Source: Camelus ferus (lineage: Eukaryota). Taken from it: a stretch of 64,000 bases of DNA. The stretch covers positions 22,260,001 through 22,324,000 of the forward strand of contig NC_045697.1 of NCBI RefSeq assembly GCF_009834535.1, in the 5' to 3' direction. Shown here piece after piece: positions 53,012 to 64,000 of the stretch. Under the pieces are notes generated by a model. It made no database searches. It was given only the letters and a program-made list of their open reading frames with translations, and was not told the DNA's origin. Within the stretch, counting starts at the first letter, position 1. Every line of letters starts with the position of its first letter. Position numbers and translations under genes: made by a program.

Positions 53012-53627
53012 CTTTAAAACAGTTTCCAAACTTCAAAAAAAGTCATTGTTAAATATAAGTCTGTATTTATCAACAGAGTTTCATACTGAGATTCACATTG
53101 CAGATACTCTGGCTGAGGTCAGTATATTTGTGATTTCATAAAGATTCATTCCTAAAATCCATGTTCGTATTTATTCTAGAAAATTGACTTACTCTTACAA
53201 GGTACAAACAAATATTTTCAATGTACATTATATGTGGCCTAGAGCTTATCTTGTAATTTGCAATATAAAATAATATTTAAGCAGAAGTTCAATACTTTTT
53301 GTTATTTACTAGCTTAAATAATACGGATATTCATTCCAAATTTTCATATGTGGACATAGTCTCTAACCATGATTAAAAAAACAAGCAAATAAGAATAACA
53401 ACAACTCAGAGACACAGAAGTTTCAAACATCATATATTCTGACACCAATAAGCAATTGTGTGTCGTGAACACCCTAAGAGCTAGTAGAGGAAGATGAAGA
53501 CTTCCCAGCCCTAACATGCTTCACAATAATTAACTTAGAATCTCCTCTGTGTCAAAGCATTCCCACAGAGGATTATAGTTTTTAAAGTTTTTCTTTTGTG
53601 CTCTAACTACTGGCTTCAACTGTACTC

Positions 53628-53835
53628 TTAGTATGTCATGGACTCAGGAGATAGACTGAGTTCAAATTCAGCCTAGGGCACTTCCTAGCACAGTGACTTG
53701 GACAAGTGACTTAACTTTATTGTGACTCATCAAAATGAGGATTTAAAAAAATAAGGACAAAAACATTAAATGGGTTAATAGGCAAGCATTTAGAACCATG
53801 AGTGGCATCTAATAAGCATTTTATAAATGTTATTG
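53628..53835 (+). mobile_element. MIR SINE
   Basis: gactgagttcaaattcag...cacttcctagcacagtgacttggacaagtgacttaac...aagcatttagaacc...taagcattttataaatgtta. Confidence 0.8.
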
Positions 53836-56209
53836 CAAATTCTAGAAGTTCAGTACAGGGACAGATGTTAGTTATCTGAGATACTTCTTTTTCTTGAAGT
53901 TTCTTTAAATCCCATTTGCTGTCTTTTTATTTATTAACCTGTAAGCATCAATGTATACCTCCCCTCAGTTGCCCAAACTGATGAGGTTTGATGATGTCCT
54001 ATGTCTTTCCTTAAGCAGATAAGATTTAGTTACTAGTATGTGGTACAAGAACCCTATAGACATTTCATTATTCGAAAAATTAGTTTTGTCCTCTTGTGTC
54101 CAGAGCTGCATCTGATCTGAATGTTTTCCTTGGACTTTGTGTAGAACTGGTGTATTTGATTTGTACAATGATTTGTATTTCCATAAATGTTATTAGGGAA
54201 ACAAAGAAAATCAAGTACTTAGGAATTACCACAAAGAATCAAAGCCATTTGAATCTCTACTTAAGGTCTTTCAGGAGGCAAAACATTTTGAATGAGAATC
54301 TATCTTTATCAATACTGTGTGCTCAGTTGGTGTAACATGCTGTGAGCTCTCAGGATGAAGAGGAATCTCAAATCCATGAAGCAAAGCTTCTCTGTTGTTT
54401 ACAGTATTTAAAATAAATTGTTTCAGTTCTCTGTGGGATTGCTTCCTGTTGAGAAGAACCTCATAATTAAAAACAGCCACTGGAATGGAATTACAATGCA
54501 GGTATTTTGACAATGTAGACACCTGGTATATTATCTTGAAATAAACTGACCTATGGTTATTACCAATAGTGTTCTTTCTAGGCGGGATTTGCATAACTAC
54601 AGAGAATTAGTCCCTCTGCCCATCCTTTTGGAAAGAGCACAGGATATTTAGTAGAGACGAGGTAATTATGCTATTTGGGATAATAGTCAGATTTACTGTC
54701 TAGGACTGCTATTCTTTACACTACGTGAATTTCAGGATAATTGCTCAGATCCTGTGTAGAGGAAAGCTGATTCATTTTTTCAGGTTTTCCTTTATGCTCC
54801 CTTTTTATTTGTATTGTTATTTTTTTTTAATCAAGCAGATCTAGCATTGCAAGCAAAAATGCTATTTAATATTAAAATTGACCTTTTTTCTGTATTTGGA
54901 CTTTGTCTGCTGGAAATCTTTGAATTGTAATAGGTCAAAATTTGTTCAAATTGTGACTGCCTTTTTTTGTCCAGTATTCCATTAACATGTCTCTTTTGTC
55001 TAATATTTATGAAATAAGTAAATACTATAAATTCCTTTTTTTGTATAGAATATTTGGTAACTTCCTATGTACGCACGTACACAAATTCCTCCTTCAGAGT
55101 GAACGAAATGTTCATCGGCAGTCAAGTGGCAAGTTGAAGGAATCCTCTGTTTGACTATTAAGAGAAAATCACAGGATAATTATATTATTAAAGTGAAATA
55201 TTTTGCATTTTAATTGTGATGATGCCTATGTATTATATCTTAAAAAAACTTTACTTAACAGAATAAATGCTCATTAGGGAGATATGTTACATATTGTTTC
55301 CATCTCTTCTATATTAGCAAATTAGCTTTTTAAAAATTTTGTGACATAGGGGAGCTGAAAATTAGGCATTTTATGGCTTATCCTGTAAATTATCCGCTTA
55401 TAGTATCATACTGCATAGGCAAATCCAAAATCTTACTGAAATACCATAAGAAGTTTATTTTATTCTGTGTTCAAGAATTAACTTTAACATAGTCTCAGAA
55501 ATGTTTTTTCTCGAGCTTTGACCACGTGGCTATGAGAAATTTTGCAAATCACTAAATAACTCTTCACAACAATCTACCAAACTCTTAACACATTGTCACT
55601 TAATTTATAGACAATTTGATAAATTTAGAAGTTAGGCACTTTAAGTTCATAAGCCTTCCATTCAAATGGTTTCATACTATTCTGTCTTTCTTTTTTTTTC
55701 CAATTAAAAACTTGTCTAGTCAGAGAAATCACCTCATATAATTACAACCATACTATGACTTCTGACATTTAGGTGATGGGTCATTACATATTTGCATGGC
55801 CTTGGTGGGTAAATACTAAATCAGTATATTGATATTATTTTAAATACCCAGAATCCACTGAGATCCTGCCTTCTAGGTCATCATCTGTTCAGAGGCCTGT
55901 AAATCACTCAAATCTGTATTCAAAATGCTCTTCTTTTGTGAGAGGGGGAGAGATTGGGAGAAAGAGAAGAGGGAAGGAGGAGAGAGAGCGACTTGAGCCT
56001 GTACACCTATTACAACAAGCAAAACTCCTGTTACTAAATCAGACCCCTTAAATAAAATACGCAAGAGCTGTCTTTCAAAGACTTCTCTTAAAGCATGAAA
56101 TTGTTATATGGCATCCTAATTTAGCCAGTCCACAAAGCTATCTGTGATGGCAGAAAAAGGTTCTTTCTTGAAATGGATGCTTCATTCTTTTCCTCCCAGT
56201 AGCTGTTCA

Positions 56210-56520
56210 ACGTTCTTTGTCTATTTATGTTCGTTATTGCCGCTGTAGGAACAGTGCGGTTTTTCATTACTTCATTGGCATGGGACGCACTGATTCAGTT
56301 TTGCTGTCAGTTCTGACCTCTTTCTGTCCCTCCCCCTACTTTCACTGACTGAAAATCTACAAATGGAAGAAACAGCGTACACAGGACAGTGCAGAGCGAA
56401 ATAAACAGCGCGTCACGCGTTGTCACGTTCAGCTTGAATTTAACAGAACCGCACGCGCTGAACAAAGAACACAGAGACGCTTATGAACAAACAGTATATT
56501 TTGATGATTTTTTGGTATGT
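56210..56520. promoter_or_regulatory. CpG-retaining unique element, candidate enhancer or internal promoter
   Basis: 15 CpGs counted in 56232-56479 against a strongly CpG-poor background; RUNX-type, SOX-type and CRE half-site motifs. Function is inferred. Confidence 0.4.
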
Positions 56521-59500
56521 AATGATTTTTTTAAAGGATGTTAAGTATTATTAGCAGTCCTTTGAATTTTTGCTACGTTATTATTATGGATGGTTTTTAT
56601 TCCCTTTAATGTATTCAACTGGGAAAGAGAAAGTAGTTTGGTAAGATGATTGATGTGATAACTTCACAGTTTTGTTGTGAAATATGTGCAGCTATTTAGT
56701 ATGAATTCTTTATTTTCAGCTCATTCTTTAATTTTCTACAGCTAGCATGATCGTCAAATAAATTTTGTTTTTAAAGGTTTCTCATATATATATATATATA
56801 TATAGTATAAGTTATATTCATTCACTTTATGGGAAACTGTAGGACTCATATTTTTCTTAAATTTTACTTTAAGTAATAATATTAATACAATGTAATGAAT
56901 TCTTTATTATAACTCGCATAACTAGGAAAAGAATTCTTTAAAACATACATATTCTATGCTTTCCTTCCTTCTCATAATCATGGACAGGAGAAAGTGATAT
57001 TGAATTTTAAACCAGTTTGACAAAAGTAATTGGATCTCACACAACAGAAAATCAGTTTAAAATATACGTTTTGCCAGCTCAGAGAATTCAGCCTGTTATT
57101 GCCGATGAATTCACATTTATTCTTTGTCTTGCAAAACAGATGAGAAAAACCTCCATTGTATCCAAATGCCTCAGGTATGGTTTAATGCTTCTCTCTTTCT
57201 CTCCCCACAAATAATATTATTTACAGAGAACCTAGGGGAAAAAGATACTGATGTGACAACACTTCATTCTCTTATTCCTGGGAGCTATGGAATATATAAA
57301 AATACCTCTCTAGGTGTAGTTTTAAAAGATTCCTACAAGACCAGACCCGGTTAGTGGAAGGGAGAGAAATGCTCTTGAGAGCACTAAGCCCTCCTCGTAA
57401 GTACGTGCCTCTGACCCCAGAAAAGTCTGCCTTATGCTCAAAATATCTTGAAGCATATTTTCATCTTTGTCGATTCTTCAGGCATCATTGTATCTGACAC
57501 CCTCAGAGAAGTAACTCTCTGGGAAAAGTGTGAGACATCTTTGGTTTATCAAAAGTGAATTTGGTTATAACAAGGTCCATAAACACTGTTTATGAACTTT
57601 TCTGACTGTTATAGGCAGTAATCAAAATGCTGCTTTTATGAGTATTTTGGGTTTCATAGAAACTTGTAACCTCGTGAGAGCCCACCACCATGTCCAAGGC
57701 TTTAGTTAAACTGGACTGATACCATCCCTTCACATGTGAGGTAGCCAAGGTGGACAAGGTCTTCGTGTCTTGACCACTTATGTGGCATTTTCAGCGGCGT
57801 TGGCACCATGATTTGCAAGAGTAGTTTATGGGGCTGCCTGAAAGACTCATACAGGTCACGATGACTTTGCCATCCCTGGAAAATTCTTGCCCCTTATTTT
57901 CTCTCAGTATAGTTTCAAATGCTAGTTGTATAGAGGAGGGTGAGTAGGATAGAAAATAAACAGTAAGCGTTACATAAAATACGTAAATTAAGCTAAGTGT
58001 GAGCACCAGTGGTAACCATGAAATTATGTAGCATTCTGACTAAAAATCTGTGAATTTTATATTATGTTTGCTGGATTATGCTTCAAAATTTTAAGCCATT
58101 GGGAAAGAGTTAAAGGTACTTTGGAATCTGTCTTGAGTAAAAAAGTCAGGAAGCCAACTGACCTGGGCCAAACTTAAACTTTCCCATGTTGCCCTAGGTT
58201 CCAGCTCAGTTTAGCGATGGGTGCTGTGCCTTAGAGCTGTTTCTTTCCTTTAGTTCCATTAAAGACACTGAGCTTTTCATTGAGTGGCACTCAAGACTCT
58301 GGTATATATTTGACATATTTGATAGAGCAATGAGAATTATCATAATACTGAGACGTAGTTACTATTTTAGTATTCATTAATTCATTTTTTCCACCATTAT
58401 TCATCGTATATCTAAATGTGCCAAATGATTTTCTAGAAAGGATATTTATCAAACCAATATGTTTTTCCCTACTAGTATATTAGCATCTTTATGGTATTGC
58501 TAAAAACACAACTTTTCCAGTTTGGATGAAGCTGTATCTGTTTCTCTGTAGAGGTAAATGACAGATGGAGATAATTGGCTGAAATTATCAGGGGTGGAAA
58601 AACGGTTTCATCTTTCATCCAATACTGAGTTTAGGAGGACTGGGAAGTGGGGGTCAGTCTCTGTTGGGAAGGGTGAGTGGAGATATTATTCATGATGTCT
58701 CTTGTGAATGTGAGTGGGGACTGTTGTGGACCAATGTTGTCATTTCTAATATCAGACTCAATGACAAAAGCTAAATTTTATTTATTAAATAGAAGATTCT
58801 TTCAACTTGCCACTTGACTTTGCACATGTGCACTGGATTCACTCTGAAGAAGGAATTAATATCTATATATCAGTAGATACCAAATGTTCTGTACAAAAAA
58901 ATTGAACTTACAGAACTTACTTCATAAATATTAGACAATGACAGACATGTTAATGAAATGCTGGACAAAAAAAAAGGTAGTCATAATTTGAACAAATTTT
59001 GAACTGTGACAATTCAAAAGTTTCAAATAAACAATTTCTCAATACAAACATGGGTTCATTTTAATATAAATAGCATTATTTATTCTTCCATAAACATTTC
59101 ACATAATTTATTATACTTATCTTATGAAAGTCATTACTTTCTAACAATTGGAAGTTCCCTATATATTTGTCCCCGTTTCTTAAATTCTCTACATCCTGAA
59201 GACAGGATCCATGTTTAAATTAATTCTATAATTCCCACCATCCCCTTGTAGGCAGAACCAAGTAACTGTTGAGTAAATCACTGAGTGCAGAATTCTGCAT
59301 TTAAGTAAGATGACCCCTCAAAGTCTTATAAAACCCATCATCCTCTTTTAAATCCACATCCACCTTGGTAAGAAAGGAGCAAAGCTTGTGTCAATTTTGA
59401 GAAAGCTCTGCTGTCATTACAGCACGCAGATTTACTCTGACAGAGAATTGAAATCAGTCACTGGGAACATCTTAAATCCTATACTAATTTTAGGTCATTA

Positions 59501-59675
59501 GTTATTCTTCTGGAACATTAAACAATTCTCAAATAATATTTTTAAAAAATATTTTAAAATATATGCCTCTGCCTAGCCAAGTCATTTGGAAGTTCTTCTT
59601 TTCTGGGAAGCTAATCCATCATATTTTCAGCTTTAAAAAAATTTAGTTCAAACGTGTTTAGTGTTTAGAAATTCT

Positions 59676-59750
59676 GAAAGAAAGGAAGGGAGGAAGGGAG
59701 GGAGGGAGGGAGAGAAAAGGAAAGGAAAGGAAAAGAAAGGAAAGGAAAGA
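59676..59750. repeat. Polypurine GGAA/GGGA/GGAAA simple repeat
   Basis: Directly visible pure-purine run. Confidence 0.9.
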
Positions 59751-60639
59751 ATGTCAATCTGAGTAGAATCTAATTTAAAATCTGTTTTTGGATGTCCTAC
59801 CCTCAACTGAAAGCCATCATTTGGGTACTGATGGTGCAGATGAAGAAGAGCTGAAGATGCACAGGAGCCGCAGGAAGGCCTCCTGACCGGTCGTGATATT
59901 CATTTAAAATCCTTAAAACACTCGACTTAGAAGGAGCTTAAATTGAATGTATTCTTTAACACCGTGAAAAGGCTAGTTAAAACTCTAGATAAGATCGGAT
60001 ACTTGAAAATCAAACTAAAAGAAGTAAAGGAAGGAAAAAGAAAAGCTGTAGATCTCAATATATATTTAACAGACAGCTCCTGTTGGCTTGCTCCTCTTTT
60101 TCAGTCACTAGAATCCTGCTGAAAAGTTTTTGGAATTAAGGGCAGATGCTATAAAATGTTCCAGTGTTCCGTGTCTACCTTTTCTTTCCCTTAATGCAAT
60201 TTTTGTGTTTCTTGCTGGGCCCATACTTTTTCATTAACTTGTCTACCGTGTTCCTATTTGCGACTCGTTTTGTAGGCTGTATATATTTTCTTCCTTCGTG
60301 ATAGGAAATGATTGATCAGCTCACTCGTTCCCTGTTATTTTTCATGCCAATGTGCTAATATCCGGCTGAGTCATTTTTTAAAATTATGTTTTAGCCTTCT
60401 GTTACTGACTGCCCGTACACATTAAAAAAAAAAAAAAAGAAGAAGGGGGTGGGGACTACTAGCTCCAGTACAGCTTCTAATGGATTTAACCTTGATTATT
60501 CTGTTACAAATCTGTAACCCTTGAGAGTCAATGTTTATAGTTAATCTGCACACTATACCTTGAAACAGAGCTGAAAAATCCATATAAAGTAAATGGTAAA
60601 TATAAATTCTTCCACAGGTCACACATCAAGCTGAGACTC

Positions 60640-60910
60640 ATTTTTTTTCTCTATTTTGATTTTCCTGTTTTTTTTTTTCTATTTCCTTCCTCCGTACTTT
60701 CCTCATACTCTTTTCTTCTTTTTTCCTTCTTTCCATCCTTTTTTCCTTCCCCTTAACTATTTCTCCCTCCTGCCTTCCCTCCTTCCTTCTATGTATGTGT
60801 TCCGTCTTTTCTCCTCTTTTCATTCCCTTGTCTGCTCTAACTTTCCCACCATCTGTCTTCCTTTCAGTCTTTTTTTATTCTATTTTTCCTTTCTTTGTAT
60901 TTTTTTCAGT
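60640..60910. repeat. Pyrimidine-rich low-complexity tract
   Basis: About 270 nt dominated by C/T; it explains the K/E/R-rich and F-rich spurious ORFs here. Confidence 0.8.
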
Positions 60911-61079
60911 CTTTATGTTACAATCACCATATGCTCACTGAAAACTAGGCAGGTGTGATCGAAAGAGTAGATGATAAAATGAGGATGCCACCTTTCTTCC
61001 TTTATCCCTTCATCCTTTTCTCTCTCAATCTCATATCCATTGAAAACTTCTTACACGCACACGTCTAGAAATTTGAGGT

Positions 61080-61225
61080 TGCAGAATCGTATTTATTCTT
61101 CAAAACATCCCTCCAAGTGAGTAGGGAGGCAGTGGCTAAGCAAGATTAATTAGCTTGCATAAGCTCATACAGTGAGTGGTAGAATTAGAAAGTGACTGTA
61201 TCTACCCCAGGATCCTTAACTTAGC
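61080..61225 (-). mobile_element. MIR fragment
   Basis: gaggcagtggctaagcaagattaattagcttgcataagctcatacagtgagtggtagaattagaa. Confidence 0.5.
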
Positions 61226-63054
61226 CAAATACCTTATACCTCTTTCGCTTTCCAGATTTCTTTTTTTAGACAGATCACTTGGCAATTGTTTCTTATTTTT
61301 AGCCCTCTGGGAAATGGGCACAACACTTGCTTCTTTATCTTCTCAATAGAAAAGATGCCCTAAATTGTGCCAGGCACTGAATAATCAAGTCCTATGATGA
61401 TGATTATGACGATGATGCTTCCTTACACTTACATAGTCTTCTGTGTACCCGAAGCTGTCCTCACCACTTTACATGGGTAAATGCAATCCATTCATCATGA
61501 CAGCTCAGCTGTTTATCTTAATGAATGTTGCTGGGCTGGGTATAATCAGCACATGGTCACTATTCACAGGTTATGTTAAGACAGAGAGATGTCTTTGGGC
61601 TGTTGTGTCCTTTGCACATTTTTTTCTTATGTTCATGTCCAGGTGCTGCAAGAGGGAAAAAAAAAGACTTTTTTTTTTTTTAAATCAAACTCAATTTAGG
61701 TTGAATAGAATGTTTATTTAAGACAAATTTTGAGGAGAGAAGGCAGAGTATATATAGCAGGCTATTTTTTTTTTTTTAATATAACAAAATAGCACTAGAA
61801 AGGAAGGAAGAGTGGGAGGAAATTATCAGTAGCTATGATTTGCTGTCTTAACTGTAAAGGAACAAACTAGAAGGACTACCATCTGTAAATGATCACTTAA
61901 AAATTCAAGAATAACTAATTAAAGAAAAATGTATTTAACGCTGATATCTTGGGTGTGTAGCAAGCAGCAGTACTATAGTCTGCAGTTGCTTAGCCATTTA
62001 AGTTATTTTATCTCTATGAAATTTTATTTCTCTGCATCCCTTTAGATACAGTCAGGAAACTCTGATTACTGGTTGAGAATTTGTAGTTGTTAGCTTTCCA
62101 CATGTGTAGAAAAACACCCTTAAACTCCAAATAGGAATGACTGAACATTTTATAACAACTGTCTGGAGGGGGAAAGGCATATCACACATACAAAATTTAT
62201 TTAAATTATTCCAACTTATTTTAAAATAATCAAATCTAGCATGATGAGAGTGGCTTGGAAAGTAGTTCCGTTTTATAAGAAAAAAAATTGTGGATCTCTT
62301 TAGTTATCTGCAAGATAGCAGATTTAATTTATATTTTTCTCAGCAGGAAAAAGTTCATAGTGCTTCTTCTTGGTTGGTAGCCCTGGGGTTAAATAATTCA
62401 GTATCATCATGATTACATGTGAATCACTGTTTACCCAGAAGTTTTTTTTTTAACGCAAAGAAGGAAAGGCAGGTCTGATGCTGACTATTTTGGAATATTT
62501 AGCCCTAACTATCTGGACAGACCATAAGCAGCATTTTTGATTTGACTTGTTTCCCGTACTCATGAATAATGTATAACTAGTCATACTTCTCAGGTCATCT
62601 TATTCTGAATCCTCAACCTGACTGTAATTCTTAAATGCATTTAATCACACCAAATCCCCTTGCGTTCTTTGGAAGCCATATAGGCATATCATGAGCAGAT
62701 AATTAGTCCTTATTTTGACTGGACAACATTTTAAATAGTTAAATGACATTTGTTAATACAGCCTAAAGGATAAACGAATCCCCTAAGTCATGGCTAGCTT
62801 GTATTCAGAGCAGCAAGTTCTCCTTGACAGTTACTTTAAAAGACAAGTCGTCTCAAGATATTTGTTTTCCCTTTTAAATTCTCTTGCTTTTTCACTTAAG
62901 CTCTGCATTATTTAGACTAGTTAGCATGCAGGACAGAGAACTGCTTCTTAACTTTTTCCCCCCTCTGTTGAAGATAATTTAATTCACATTAACTGGGATT
63001 CTGCACCTTTTATACTTTCTGATCTATTTAAAGAGGCTTTAAACTCTTTTTTCC

Positions 63055-63079
63055 TTTTTTTTTTTTTTTTTTTTTTTTT
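63055..63079. repeat. Poly-T (25 nt)
   Basis: Directly visible. Confidence 0.9.
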
Positions 63080-63827
63080 AGCACTGATATACTGGTGAAG
63101 TCCACCCAAGTAATAGGTTAGCGATTATACTATGTCGAAGGGACATAATCTCTTTCAAGTTCTCAATTTTGTCATCTTTTCAATGTCCTCATATTTTAAA
63201 AAAGCAAATTAGGATTTAAGCAGTTAAAAATGTGATTTTGAAGTGAGCAAAATAATAATTATGTAAAAATTGTTTCTTTGGGGGAAATGAGAGATTATAA
63301 CTAGTTAAGTAGGTGACAGAGTACTAATTATAATTTATAGCCTTTATTATTATATACCTGCAGGTAACAATAGATTAAGTTTCAGTTAACTTTGAACAGC
63401 TAGTAATTATAAAATACAATGCTACCTGTCAGAAAAATCATTAACTTATGTACACCTAGTCTCTGAAATTAAATTACTTTGCATTTCTTCTTCAAGCTTC
63501 CTGTGATGTGCATTTTTAACATTTATTAATTCAAATAATTTTAAAATAAATTTAACATTAAAGGACATCTTTTTTCATTTACTATTCTGCAGCTTTATTT
63601 AAAAGATATATATTTGGCACTATAATTTATAATACAAAAACATGAAATTTTAATTTTTATTATATGAAAGCTATTGTTTTCCTACAGTTACTTGGTAAAA
63701 ATTCTAGAAGTGTAAGCTTTTGATTCCTTTAATTGTTCTAAGACAAGAGGACATTGATTAAAAATATGTTTCAATAATTTAGAATCAATATTCTACCATT
63801 CAATTATGCGTTTGGAAAAGATACAAG

Positions 63828-64000
63828 AATAGTAGTTAGAATAGGAGTAATGGTAACAGCAGAAAAATATTCGATATGCTTCTGCATGGAGATCCTCGGG
63901 CTGAGCCCTCAGCATCACTGTCTCATTTAATCCTTCGGGCAGCCCAGTGCGACAGACTCTGTTAAGTAACTTGCCTGAGGTTACCTTGCTGCTAAATGAC
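63828..64000 (-). mobile_element. MIR SINE (runs off the window end)
   Basis: tctcatttaatccttc...gttaagtaacttgcctgaggttacc...gctaaatg. Confidence 0.65.

Noticed and set aside
1162..61721. All ORFs in the supplied six-frame track as genes
   Set aside because: They are short (60-118 aa), many start at TTG/GTG, many overlap repeats or low-complexity DNA, and none resembles a protein I recognise apart from decayed L1 ORF2.
63055..63120. Exon after T25-AG
   Set aside because: The acceptor-like look comes from a homopolymer and the downstream donors (gtaata, gttagc) are weak.

Overview
AT-rich, CpG-depleted mammalian non-coding DNA. A tRNA-derived Vic-1-type SINE at 12.4-12.6 kb points to a camelid host (camel, alpaca or llama). 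I could not recognise any protein-coding exon, tRNA, rRNA, miRNA or CRISPR array. The supplied ORFs look like chance or repeat-derived frames; only decayed LINE-1 ORF2 remnants near 24-26 kb resemble a known protein. The window reads like part of a very long intron or intergenic regulatory region. It carries ancient repeats (MIR, L2, MLT1 LTRs, hAT-Charlie MITEs, old L1), a few younger L1/SINE insertions with visible target-site duplications, microsatellites, and several unique, locally CpG-retaining segments that may be enhancers or an internal promoter (best candidate 56.2-56.5 kb). Repeat family names come from my recall of consensus sequences, not a search, and most boundaries are approximate. 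I found no convincing novel biological system; the findings are modest, testable candidates (regulatory elements, possible micro-exons or recursive splice sites, insertion history).
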